Source: the human T2T-CHM13v2.0 reference genome, Homo sapiens
NCBI RefSeq assembly: GCF_009914755.1
Contig: NC_060932.1
Reading direction: 5' to 3' (one strand)
Length of the DNA stretch: 64,000 nt
Under the pieces are notes generated by a model. The model had not been told where the DNA came from and did not search any database. It worked only from the letters and a program-made list of their open reading frames with translations. Shown here piece by piece: positions 1-13,322 of this stretch (its first letter is position 1; each line of letters opens with the position of its first letter). The position numbers and the translations under genes are program-made.

Positions 1-1388
1 AGAATTTAAGACCCATGAACATGAAGGCTATCTTTGTGCATGATCCTTCAATTTCTTAAAAATAATTCCCACATTGTTTACTGTCATCTTCCCTACAGCG
101 AATTTGGCAGTGATTTTCATTTTTCACTATTACTCTAGTCACAGTAACTCTTTTAAGATAACATTTAATTAGTTTATAGCATATTTCATTACTCTACATA
201 ATTATAATGACAAACAATAGTATCAGAAATAGGTTTGGCATAAACACAGCCAGCTCAGGACCACTGCACAGTGCACCTGCTGGGAAACCCAACTGTGTAA
301 GGTACCAAGAGAGAACCCCCACTGATGAATGCCCGTCCCACCAGGCCCCTCAGGCAGGGCTGCAAGCCAGCTGAGCCTACAAGATGACTCAATGGAGGTT
401 GCGTTTTTTTTTTTTTTTTTTTTTAATCTTCCACTGCTGTATATCCACCCATTCTAAATGATTTATAATTCAGCACAAACATGCTCATTGGGAAATTAGC
501 TACGGCTGTAGGAGGCAGGAAAGGTAGAGTCTAATAGCAAGAAAGAAAGTCTTCCAACATTTTCAGGACTGATGCAAAGACTAGTTGACGGAAAACCTGT
601 CAGACTTCATCTTTGGAAAGAATAGAACATGCAAGACCTTAATCCTTGTGATGCCAGGAATGAAGAGCAGGATTGGAGCCCTCCAGAGACTCTGATTCCT
701 GTCCCACCTGGCTCAGAACCCCTTTCACTGAAAGGGTTGGTGAAATAAGTTTTATTCTGCAAAGATGGACATCTCTCTGGGGGAAATAACATGAGATATA
801 TTTCAAATAATGCCCAGCACCCCTGCTACACACAGATGCTACCAGAAGATCATGGGGTGCGCAGTGAACTCATTGGGGCGAAAGCCTCTTTAGGAAGGGC
901 TGTATGTACAGCTCAAGTGAGAATGTTTCCTACCAGAGCTATTCAGAAGCCGCTGTTAGACATAACCATGTGAGGGACCCAGGTAAACAGGAAGGAAAGG
1001 AGAAAGTCAAACGTGAGTTTACTCAACACAGAAATACTCTCTCAGAAGCTTAGGGCGAAAGGTATAGCACTACTTTCCTAGAACAGCTTTCCAGCACGGC
1101 TGTTTATTTGATAGATGACACCTGCTTTCTCTCTTTTTTTCCTCTCAGTGCATCACCTATACACAGCATTTCTTATCTTTGTGAGAGTGAAAAGATGGTG
1201 TTTGGTGGACAGAAATCTGCATCTGAAGCATTCATTATGCAATAGTGCAGTCCTCACTCTTCTAATCCGCAAAATAATGGGTAGATGCTCAAATGAGAAC
1301 ATGAGATGGGAGAGGAGTTTTCTTACGAAGCCCTTTACTCTCCTTTCTTCCTTGCTGGTGCAGCTGTCTTTCTATTACAAAGGCTTTA

Positions 1389-1680
1389 GGCCAGGCGTGG
1401 TGGCTCACGCCTGTAATCCCAGCACTTTGGGAGGCTGAGGCAGGCAGATCACAAGGTCAGCAGTCCGAGACCAGCCTGGCTAACATGGCGAAACCCCATC
1501 TCTACTAAAAATACAAAAATTAGGCAGATGTGGTGGGCATCCCTGTAGTCCCAGCTATTCAGGAGGCTGAGGCAGATGAATAGCTTGTCCCTGGGTGGCA
1601 GAGGTGGCAGTGAGCCAAGATCACACCACTGCACTCCAGCCTGGGCAACAGAGCAAGACTCTGTCTAAAAAAAAAAAAAA
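1389..1680 (+). mobile_element. Alu (AluS-type), full length
   Basis: GGCCAGGCGTGGTGGCTCACGCCTGTAATCCCAGC start, dimeric body, A-tail; TSD-like aaaggcttta/aaagccttta. Confidence 0.95.
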
Positions 1681-1964
1681 GCCTTTAAAAATCAGAGACT
1701 CACTTTGCAAGCCAATCAGTGAATTTTAGGACATGGGGATGTGACCCACTCATGGCCAATGAGACATACAGGAAAGTGTCTGCCAGGGCATTTTTGGGAT
1801 AAACTTTTCTTCTGGAGAGAGTCCACTACCGAGTTGCTGCACTGGACACTGTCATTGGAGAATATGGCATCATCTGTCCCTAGCATTTGGCTACAAAAAA
1901 AAGTAAATTTACATCCTACAGGAAGATGCTGCAGGATCTATGTTTACATCATTTCATTATGCCT

Positions 1965-2130
1965 TGGGGTATAATCAACATACAAAAGCAGCAGCATTTC
2001 TATATGCCAACAGTGAACAATCTGAAAAGAAAAACCAGTCCCATTTACAATAGCTACAAATAAAATAAGATACCTAAGAATATACCTCACCAAGAAGTAA
2101 AAGATCTCTGCAATGAAACTATAAAACTGT
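1965..2130 (+). mobile_element. Old L1 (L1M-type) ORF2 fragment
   Basis: atcaacatacaaaagcagcagcatttctatatgccaacagtgaacaatctgaaa...ccatttacaatagctacaaataaaataagatacctaagaata resembles L1 ORF2 RT-distal region. Confidence 0.75.
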
Positions 2131-2169
2131 ATGGTATCAAAGGTCTCAGGCAGCAGGTGCAAACTAAGA

Positions 2170-2600
2170 AAATGACTTGGAACCAACCCAAATGCCCATC
2201 AATGATAGACTGGATAAAGAAAATGTGTCACATATACACGATGGAATACTATGCAGCCATAAAAAAGGGTGAGTTCATGTCCTTTGCAGGGACATGGATG
2301 ATGCTGGAAACCATCATTCTCAGCAAACTAACTCAAGAACAAAAAACCAAACACTGCATATTCTCACTCATAAGTGGGTGTTGAACAATGAGAACACATG
2401 GACACAAGGAAGGGAACATCACACACCAGGGCCTGTCAGTGGGTAGGGGGCTAGGGGAGGGGTAGCATTAGGAGAAATACCTAATGTAGATGATGGGTTG
2501 ATGGGCACAGCAAACCACCATGGCACGTGTATAACTATGTAACAAACATGCACATTCTGCACATGTACCCCAGAACTTGAAGTATAATAATAATAAAAGA
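2170..2600 (+). mobile_element. L1PA (about PA7-8) 3' end, 5'-truncated
   Basis: ORF2 C-terminus (WNQPKCPSMIDWIKKM...ETIILSKL), 3'UTR G-rich tract, ...cagaacttgaagtataataat A-rich tail. Confidence 0.92.
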
Positions 2601-3244
2601 GAAACTATAAACAAAAATCCTCTTGAAACTTACCCTGGAGCTTCTGTGCAAATTTTTCTTTTTCCTTTTTCTGATGGGGAGGGACCATACATCATTGTTG
2701 ATTAATGGTAAATACATCAAATATATTCTATAAAGAGAAGTTTGGGATTTGGAGAAGGAAAACTGGATTTCTCGTCTTGAAATACTCAGAGCATAACAGC
2801 GTCAGCCCAGAGGCATTCAGCACTGATTATCACAATGCTAGCAACATTATTATCATCAAATAAAAAACCAACTCAAAAACTTCAGCAGCTTATCTCTCTC
2901 AGAATGTAACTCCAGAAGATACAATTTTCTATGTAAACTTTATTCAAATATGACTCTCAATGTAAAATAAAAGATAAATACATGGAATAGGCATGGGAGT
3001 GAAATGTATTTTTTTCTTATCAATGATTGTATTTGTGTATAAACAATGGATTTAGCATATAGATTTACTTAAATCACTACTCAACTTTAAATACATCTTT
3101 GTAATAAGAATTACTCTTTTTATTTGTAAATCATCCCAATCTTAAAAGTAAATGTTAGTAATGTTTTGTTTTAATGAGCAAGCACATATATCTATAATAT
3201 ATATATTGTGTATATATATATATATTTAATTTAAAGCTTTCCTT

Positions 3245-3545
3245 GGTCGGGCTTGGTGTCTCATGCCTGTAATCCCAGCACTTTGGGAGGCCAAGGCAGG
3301 TGGATGACTTGAGGTCAGGAGTTTGAGACCAGCTTGGCCAACATGACAAAACCCCATCTCTACTAAAAATACAAAAATCAGTTGGGCGTGGTGGTGCGTG
3401 CCTGTAATCCCAGCTACTCAGGAGGCTGAGGCAGGGGAAACACTTGAACGCAGGAGGCTAAGGTTGCAGTGAGCCAAGATCGTGCCACTGAACTTCAGCC
3501 TGGGTGACAAAGAGAGACTCCACCTCAAAAAATAAAAATAAAAAT
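3245..3545 (+). mobile_element. Alu (AluS-type)
   Basis: Alu dimer with A-rich linker and tail. Confidence 0.95.
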
Positions 3546-4904
3546 CAAGTCTTCCAACAATTTTGTTTGAATTATGGTTAATAACATTGAAGGTTTTCTC
3601 CTAATTCCAGGGGATGTTTCGAATGCCTTCTGTTTTGCCATTTCAATTAATAATTCCATTCTTGACCTACCAAATAATGCATATTTAAAATATAACTTTC
3701 ATATGCTAGGAATGACCTAATATTTATAGTGTGTTCTTCTAAAATACTTCTAGGTCCTCAGAGCAGTGTCATTTAATTAACACGGCGCCATTGCATCTAC
3801 TTGAAATTAGTTCTAATTTCCGAAATGGTAATCTAATTATTTCAGAACAATTTACATAGATAGCACATAAATCCTTAAAATAAAATGTAACTTGTTGCAG
3901 ATTCATGGAATCATTTCTACGAAGCAAAATTGTATTCTACGGCAAGGCAAGGGAAGCCCAGGGAGGTGAAATTGTGTATATTTATTCCTATGAGAACATG
4001 ATAACAAAGACTACCAAATTGCAGAGATGATCACCTTCTTGACAAATTGTGTAGTTACTGTTACAAAGAAACAAATTTTCATTTTGCACTTGCCAATCTA
4101 GTTTACTACCCACTGATGAAATTTTTCACTTAGACACAGGTAACGGGTCTCAGTGTTTAGAATCATTGTATAATTATCTGAGACACTACTTAGTTTTCAA
4201 ATCTCCGAAACACAGAAGCAGATGCCTTTCACTTAGCCAAGGTCAAACTGTTATTCTCTTTGCCAGCTGTCCTGGGATGATCCTAGTTCTTTTTTTCGGG
4301 GGGTTATCATATTAGCAAAAATGATTCAACTGTGAATTGGTCCCTTTGGGATTTCCCACTAGAGGAGAAGGGTAGTGGTGATGTGGCAAAGCAGATAACA
4401 AGAAAATACTGCTGTTTCTGTTAACAATATGGGCTTTCCAAACAAGCTCAAATCAGTTCTACACTCCATAATATTAATTCCCCCAACACCCCTATGAAAA
4501 ATACTGGTAAAGATCTTGAATTCCCAATACGCAATAGAACTGGGAAGTAAAACCATTTGGCATAAAATGACATTCCCAAATAGACTATACAATTTCAACT
4601 TCTTTAGAGAAATAATGCCATATAAATCTAAACTATGAAGATGAAATTTCCAAGAAAGAGCATATCTTCATTGTGTAATCTAAAAGAATTGCAATAATTT
4701 CAAACTTTTAAGAAGAAATCCAACTCACACACTGCTCATTCTGAACAATACGTATCTAATCGCCAAGCTTCATTCTGTACTGTCCCTGTGTTCAGCAACA
4801 CGCTATGAAGTATAAAATAGAAATAAGGTACCATCGTGATGTATGTGGCTGACATTTTATAGTTTGCAAAATACTTTCAACTACATTATTTCATTTGTAA
4901 TGAG

Positions 4905-5150
4905 AGGCTATTATACTGCAGTGGTTTAGAGTGTGGGTTTGGGAGCCCGCAATTATCTACATTTGAAGCCTCTGCTATTTACTGTCTGTGGGATCTTGTA
5001 TACATTCTTTGCCTATGTTTTTCCATGACCTTATCTGTGAAGCGGGATGGTAACTGTGTCCACCTTACAGGATTATTGACAGGACTGAAAGTATTAGCGA
5101 TCTTCCCAGGGACCAGCACAGAAAAAGTAATCCACGTATGTTGGCATTTC
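4905..5150 (+). mobile_element. MIR relic
   Basis: gcagtggtttagagtgtgggtttggg...ttatctgtgaagcgggatggtaac...ccttacaggattattgacaggactgaaa resembles MIR core. Confidence 0.6.
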
Positions 5151-5207
5151 TTATTGTTGTTTGATCATCCAAGCAAACACAGGAGTAAGAATTTATATGT
5201 AAACTAG

Positions 5208-5525
<318 letters not shown>

Positions 5526-5810
5526 TGACTTTTTCTTAACTCATGAGGATTAGATCAGATTTGGAATTCAATTGTTCAGACTCTATGACAGATTTTTTGT
5601 ATACACAGCTGCTCCCAATTCATAGAAGTTTCTTGAGTTCGTGCACACACAAGACTGACAGGTGTGAAGCAGAGGTGAGGGATTGGCAGAGGTGAGCGCC
5701 AGCACCCAGCGTCAACTGCTATTTGGTATGCGGATGCTTCCTGCCACCGCTAAGCCTTGAAATGCTCAGAGAAGGAGAAAACAAATGCTAGGATACAGCC
5801 GGGTTCCACC

Positions 5811-6569
<759 letters not shown>

Positions 6570-7121
6570 TGAAGGACGACACATAGGATTTGTACAGGAA
6601 GATGGAAGAAGACAGCAAATTTATAGCAAAGAGGAGTAAGATTGAGGGAAGAGAGAAAATGAGAACGGGACACCCAGAGGCTGCGGGAGAGAGGAGCTAC
6701 GCAGACCTTGATGGAAGAAGCGGGGGATTTTTACTCGAAGTCGTAGAAAACATGAAAGGCAACTGCTCAGTAGTTGTGTAGAAACAGAGAAGGAGCATGC
6801 TTAAAGGGACATTAGTGGAACACCAGGATGTTTTATCTTCACAAAAGATTTAGGCTATAGAGATAGCTCACCAAGGAAAAGGTGTAAACATACAAAACTA
6901 CCCTTGAATTAACAGTGGGTTTAGGAAAACACAGTATGTTCAACTATGCTCAATCCCAGATGGGAGCATTTTTATTTTCTTTCTCATTGTCACTAGTGAG
7001 TAAAATGAACTATAAATGTTGTAAACAGTTAAATGGTTTCTTAAAATCTCTCTCTCCCCGCTCCTCCTCTCCTTTCCATCTCTCCCTAACTTAAATATAT
7101 GAATGTCAAGACTCCATGCCA

Positions 7122-7724
7122 CATTTTCTTTATCCAGTCTATTATTGATGGGCATTTGGGTTGGTTCCAAGTCTTGGTTATTGTAAATAGTGCTGCAATA
7201 AACATATGTGTGCATGTGTCTTTATAGTAGAATGACTTAAAATCCTTTTGGCTATATACCCAGTAATGGGATCGCTAGGTCAAATGGTGTTTCTGGTTCT
7301 ACATCCTTGAAGAATCTCCACACTGTCTTCCAGAATGGTTGAATACACCATTTTTTATGCAGCCATGAAGAACAATCAGTTCATGTCCTTTGCAGGGACA
7401 TGGATGAAGCTGGAAGCCATCATTCTCAGCAAACTGACACAGGAACAGAAAACCAAACCCCGCATGTTCTCACTCATAAGTGGGGTTGAACAATGAGAAC
7501 ACATGGACACAGGGAGGGGAACATCACACACCAGGGCCTGTCGGTGGGTAGGGGGAAAGAGGGGGGAGAGCATTAGGACAAACATGTAATGCATGAGAGG
7601 CTTAAAACCTAGATGATGGGTTGATAGGTGCAGCAAACCACCATGGCACATGTGTTCCTATGTAACAAACCTGCAGGTTCTGCACAAGTATCCCAGAACT
7701 TAAAGTAAAATAAATAAATAAATA
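7122..7724 (+). mobile_element. 5'-inverted (twin-primed) truncated L1PA (about PA8-10)
   Basis: 7122-7343 antisense L1 ORF2 end, 7344-7724 sense 3'UTR and (TAAA)n tail; one 14-bp TSD aagactccatgcca at 7108-7121 and 7725-7738. Confidence 0.92.
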
Positions 7725-8177
7725 AAGACTCCATGCCATTTGTCTGGCAGTGGGAATAAAGGAAAATGCAGATGTCAGCAAAATCAGAGCCCCACAGAAC
7801 TGCCTGCAATGAAGACCTGAAGCAGTGGGGGCCTCAGGAGAGGCCGACAAAGAAAAGGTTAGGAAGAAAGGCTGGTGCATTTTCATTTCCAGCACAGAGA
7901 AAGCGTGAACAACAAAGATATTTTTAAACAAAGAGTTGAAGAGGCCATTCTCCATGAAAGTGAGAGAGTGCTGATACTACTGACAGACAGGGGTGGGATG
8001 TGGGCAGTAGAATATATTTTTCAGAGGTAGGCATGGTGCGTTCTGTTTGGAACATGGCAAGTTTGACTTTATAAAGGGGCACTTCTGTAAATTTCCCTGA
8101 CTGCTTGTAAGACATGTGGACAGGAAGGACTCAAGAGAACTGAGAGATTCAGACATCGATTTGATAGCCATAGGGAC

Positions 8178-8651
8178 TGTGAAAGGAAAATGAACCTCAG
8201 GGCCCCAAAATCACTGAGCTACAGGGAAAAGTCAAGCTGGAAACTGCTTAGGGCCAACCTGCCTCCAACTCTATTCAAAGCCACCCCTCTGCTCACTGAG
8301 ATAAACCCATATCTGATTGCCTCCTTTGGAAAGACTAATCAGAAACTCAAAAGAATGCAATCATTTGCCTCTTTTCTACCTATGAACTGGAAACCCCTTC
8401 TCTGCTTCCAGCCGTTCTGCCCGCCTTTGCTTTGAGTTGTCCTGCCTTTCTGGACCGAACCAACGTTCACCTCACATATGCTGATTGATGTCTCATGTCT
8501 CCCTAAAATGTGTAAAGCCAAACTATACTCTGACCACCGGGGGCACGTGTTATCAGGATCTTCTGAGGTTGTGTCACAGGCGCAACCTCAACCTTGGATA
8601 AATAAACTTTCTAAATTAACTGAGTCATGTTTCAGATATTTGGGGTTCACA
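8178..8651 (+). mobile_element. ERV1 solo LTR, MER4A1-like
   Basis: tgtgaaaggaaaatgaacctcagggccccaaaatcact...aataaactttctaaattaactgag...ggggttcaca; TG...CA ends; 4-bp flanks ggac/gaac. Confidence 0.88.
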
Positions 8652-8739
8652 GAACCAAGGCTTTGTTCAAACATTACTAAATCTTATTGTAAATCTTCAG
8701 CCATTGGATGGCTTGAGTTAAAGTTCTTAATCTTAAATT

Positions 8740-9043
8740 TTGTTATTATTATTAAACTTTAAGTTCTAGGGTACATGTGCACAATGTGCAGGTTTGTTAC
8801 ATATGTACACATGTGCCATGTTGGTTTGCTGCACCCATTGACTCGTCATTTAACATTAGGTATTTCCCCTAATACTATCCCTACCCTAGACCCCCACCCC
8901 ACTACAGGCCCCTGTGTGTGATGTTCCCCCACTCTGTGTTCAAGTGTTCTCATTGTTCAATTCCCACCTATGAGAGAGAACATGCGGTGTTTGGTTTTCT
9001 GTCCTTGCAACTGTTTGCTCAGAATGATGTTTTCCAGCTTCAT
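8740..9043 (-). mobile_element. L1PA (about PA5-6) 3' end, antisense
   Basis: ttattattattaaactttaagttctagggtacatgtgcacaatgtgcagg...ccagcttcatc; flanks atcttaaattt/atcttaaaatt are TSD-like. Confidence 0.92.
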
Positions 9044-9944
9044 CTTAAAATTAAAATATTGGACTTCATACAATGAAGCTTTTTCTGCTCCTGGTTCACT
9101 TCAATAACCTGAATCAGTTCTCTTCCAAAACCATGTTATTCTGGGCAAAATGGAAATTGCTCAGAAAGCATAGGCAGCTCAATGTTAATCATGCATAGAA
9201 TATGTAAAATATCCTCCAGGATTGTATGCTGATGGTGGGTCAAGAGCGTGAGTGTTTCCTCATGAGAGAAAAGCAAAGAGACTGAGGAGTTTTCCTCTGC
9301 CTTGTATTATTCTGTCTGTCTCCCCACCATTTCAAAGGCTCCGCCAAGATCAGGAGCATCTTTTCTCATTGCTTTTGCATCAAGAAGCTGAAAAGAGCTG
9401 GCCCATCATCTTATCGGGATGTTGAATAAAAATATCTAATGAAGATGTCCAGGTTAACATTGAAAATAAAGAGTACATCCTGACACTGGTAAAACTGTAC
9501 ACAAAGCTATCAAGAGAGTCAACATTAAAATAGCTAAAAGTTTAGCAGTAAAGCCAGACATCATAAACAATTCAGACAGAATTTCAACGTCACAAATTCC
9601 AAAAAATACATCACATTTTCTCAGGGTTTCATTTTGTCTCTGTGCGTCAAAGATTTCAATACATTCTTTAAAAGTGACTTTCCTATTTTATATGTATATT
9701 TGATATATATTATTAATGTAAAATAACATAATTATACATAAACTACCAATTTCTCTGATGTTTCCATGACATTCAAGAAACATCCATAACCTAAGAGGTT
9801 AACAATGCTTATAATAAGAAAGTTTCAGGTGATTAGGAATTTTGTATCATGAGCATTGACCAATGAGATAAAATTACTGGAACAATATTAGGTATTTGCA
9901 TCTTTTACTGATATATTGTTTTGCTAAATAAAATATAATTTGTC

Positions 9945-10279
<335 letters not shown>

Positions 10280-10576
10280 TTACTATCCCACTTAATATTA
10301 ACCAAGTAATTCACTCAGTAGGGTTCTAAATAATCCCTGAGAGAAATATTGAAAAATTCCACTTAATGGGACAAACAGAAAGATAAAACTCAGGAAATCT
10401 GAAACCATCGCTACATATCTTATCTCAAATGAATTAAAGTCATTAAAATATAGGAAGGTGTTTATCCAAGGCAGTAGCTTGAAGCTGAGGCTATTTCTTA
10501 GAGCACCCCTAGGAATGTCTTGAATGATCAACCCAAGGCTTAGGCTCCTGCATTTATGACCTCAGTGTTGGTTTGC

Positions 10577-10901
10577 TTTTTTGTTGTTGTTTTGTTTTTT
10601 TGAGATGGAGTCGCACTCTGTCACCCAGGCTGGAGTGCAGTGGAGTGGCCTCAGCTCACTGCAACCTCCACCTGCCAGATTCAAGTGATTTTCCTGCCTT
10701 AGCCTCCTCCTGCCTCAGCCTCCACGGAGTAGGTGGGATTACAGGTGCCCAACACCACACCTGGCTAATTTTTGTATCTGTAGTAGAGACAGTGTTTCAC
10801 CATGTTGGCCAGGCTGGTCTTGAACTTCTGACCTCAAGTGATCTACATGCCCTGGCCTCCCCAAATGCTGGGATTACAGGCATGAGCCACCACGCTTGGC
10901 T
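10577..10901 (-). mobile_element. Alu (AluS-type), antisense
   Basis: antisense dimer with internal duplication ctgccttagcctcctcctgcctcagcctcc. Confidence 0.95.
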
Positions 10902-11247
10902 TGATGCTTTGTTTTTCTCATTGTTTTCCCCACCACACTGGTGAGACTTTCCATTTCTATTCCTCACAGGTCTTATCTTTTCTTTAGTCTATAGATTGTG
11001 AGAACCGATGTGAAGAATATGCTTCAAAAGCAACTTAAATGATATAAACGCCTGTCCGTTTAAAATGACATATTGAGTAGAGTTCAAGTAATTGATTAAA
11101 AATTTGAAAATATCTGATTTTAATGTATACTTGCTAAAATAATTAAGACAGAAATACTGAATCACGATTGATCCTTGCTGTTAACATGCACAGGGCCAGC
11201 ATCTACACATCATCTATTCTTTCAACAAGCCTTTTTTGAAAGCTCCC

Positions 11248-11609
11248 TGATATGGTTTGGCTGTGTCCCCACCCAAATCTCATCTTGAATTGTAGCTCCC
11301 ATAACTCCCATGTGTTGTGAGAGGGACCCAGAGGGAGATAATTGAATCATGGGGGCAGTTTCCCCCATACTGTTCTCATGGTAGTGAATAAGTCTCATGC
11401 AATCTGATGTCTTTATAAGGGGAAACCCCTTTGGCTTGGCTCTCATTCTGTCTTCTATGCCTCCATGTAAGATGTGCCTTTAGCCTTCCATCATGATTGT
11501 GAGGCCTCCTCAGCCATGTGGAACTGTGAGTCCATTAAATCTCTTTTTCTTTACAAATTACTCAGTCTCAGATAGGTCTTTATCAGCAGCATGAAAATGA
11601 ACTATTACA
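11248..11609 (+). mobile_element. MaLR solo LTR, THE1 (THE1B/C-like)
   Basis: tgatatggtttggctgtgtccccacccaaatctcatcttgaattgtagctccc...tttatcagcagcatgaaaatgaactattaca. Confidence 0.92.
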
Positions 11610-11749
11610 CCTGCTATGGTGCACATGATTTACCAGGTGTAAGAGATACAGAAATAAAAGCATTGCAGTCTAATTGTAAGAGCTCGAATTTTAGCAGAAA
11701 GATAACTATGGCACAACCCTGAAGGCGCCAAGCTAGAAGTATGCTCAGA

Positions 11750-12470
11750 TCCTTTCATTCCTTCATTCTCTAAATGATTATTGAGTGCTTGGTACAAGCA
11801 AGGCAATCTTGTAGGCATTAGGGATACACCAGTTTGGGAGTGAGGTAAAGGGGGGCTGTTCTTATGGAGCTCACATTCTAATGATAAGACAAATGTGCAA
11901 ACATTTATAAACATTTACACATTATATAATCATAGTCCCTACATTATATTAATATATATTAATAGGTTTTATGATATGTCAGATTATAAGGGTTATGTGA
12001 AAAATAAGGAAAGATAAAAAGAGAGTGAAGGGGTGGCAGGTGTCCCCTTGTGTAGGATGTCATGGAGATGACATTTGAGAAAGGTCTCGGAGGAGTGAAA
12101 ATTGAGGTGTGTGGAGATCTTGGGGAAGAGATTTTGGATAGCAGCCATTGGCAAGGCCTTGGGGCACTACAGCCCTGGCAAACAATGCAGGGCCAGGGTG
12201 GCTGGAGCCAACTAGGGGATGGGAGCTGTTGGGATGAGGTCAGGAAGGACGTGAGGACTAGGCTGAGAAAGTCCTTGGAGACAACATAAACACCTGAGAT
12301 GATTTTGTGAGTGACAGAGGAGTCCTCCTCCTTATTTGGGTTGCTCTGGAAACCCAGGCCTTGGGGTGAAGAGCAGTTGTCCACGCATGGTGATGACTGA
12401 ATTGAGCTGTTAGAGGATTAGTAGTTACTCATTAGAGAAAGTAAACAAGAGTTCTGAAAAGCAACCTTCA
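11750..12470 (-). mobile_element. L2 relic
   Basis: ttcattccttcattc...ttattgagtgcttggtac...atggagctcacattcta...ggagatgacatttgag matches the antisense L2 3' end pattern. Confidence 0.65.
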
Positions 12471-13243
12471 GGGAGCAAGTGTCTTGCGGAAAATCATGGA
12501 AACAGAAGACCCAGGGCAAATTCATGAACAGCAGGCATCCTGGAGTGTCTGTATGTTTAATCGTGAAATAGCAGTGAGTAGAAGCAGCCAAGGCCAGATC
12601 ATCAAAGACTCTGTATGTTGCGGAGACACCACTGGTGCCAATTCACCCACCCATTTCCTCCCTGCGTCTTTCTAACAGAGCCCCAATCCCGATCAATATG
12701 AGTGTCTGTGCGCCTCAGAGCAAGCTGGCTTCTCCCCCAGTCCCCATCCCAAGGATGAGCCTTGCTCAGTCTCAATCAGGTGCAGTCATTCTACCCCTGG
12801 GCTAGAAGGCAATGGGGAGAGAGCGTTGAACACAATTTGGACAGATAACGAATCTACAGGGGTGTGCAGAGGGGCTGACCTCTGAGATATGTTTCCCAGC
12901 TAATAAGGGAACATAGTAAAAGTGACATCCGTCCACCACTGCTGGATCTCATTCTGGGTGATGAGTTCAGCCTGCGAAGATGGCCCTGTGTAAAGGAAGA
13001 TATGAAGTGAGAGGATTAGGAAGGAGGGGCATGTTCCACACAGGCCCTGGGCTGTGCATGACGGATGGAGTCCCCAGACCCAAATTCTGTTTTAAATATG
13101 TATTTTTAAGATAACTCAGGTAGCTACAGTGTAAGCTGAAGAGATGAGGGTTTATTCAGGTGGAGAGACGATAGAGTTTGGGGGATATTACAAGGAGAAC
13201 GGAGAGAGTTTGTCTGACTGGGCATTGTACACCTTGGTCCTAT

Positions 13244-13322
13244 TCCTTACCACAGGTAATATGCAAAGGGGATCAAGCCTGGTCCTTACTACAGAAAATA
13301 TGCAAAAGAGACGAAGCCCTGG
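13244..13322. repeat. Diverged 39-bp tandem duplication
   Basis: tccttaccacaggtaatatgcaaaggggatcaagcctgg followed by tccttactacagaaaatatgcaaaagagacgaagccctgg. Confidence 0.8.
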
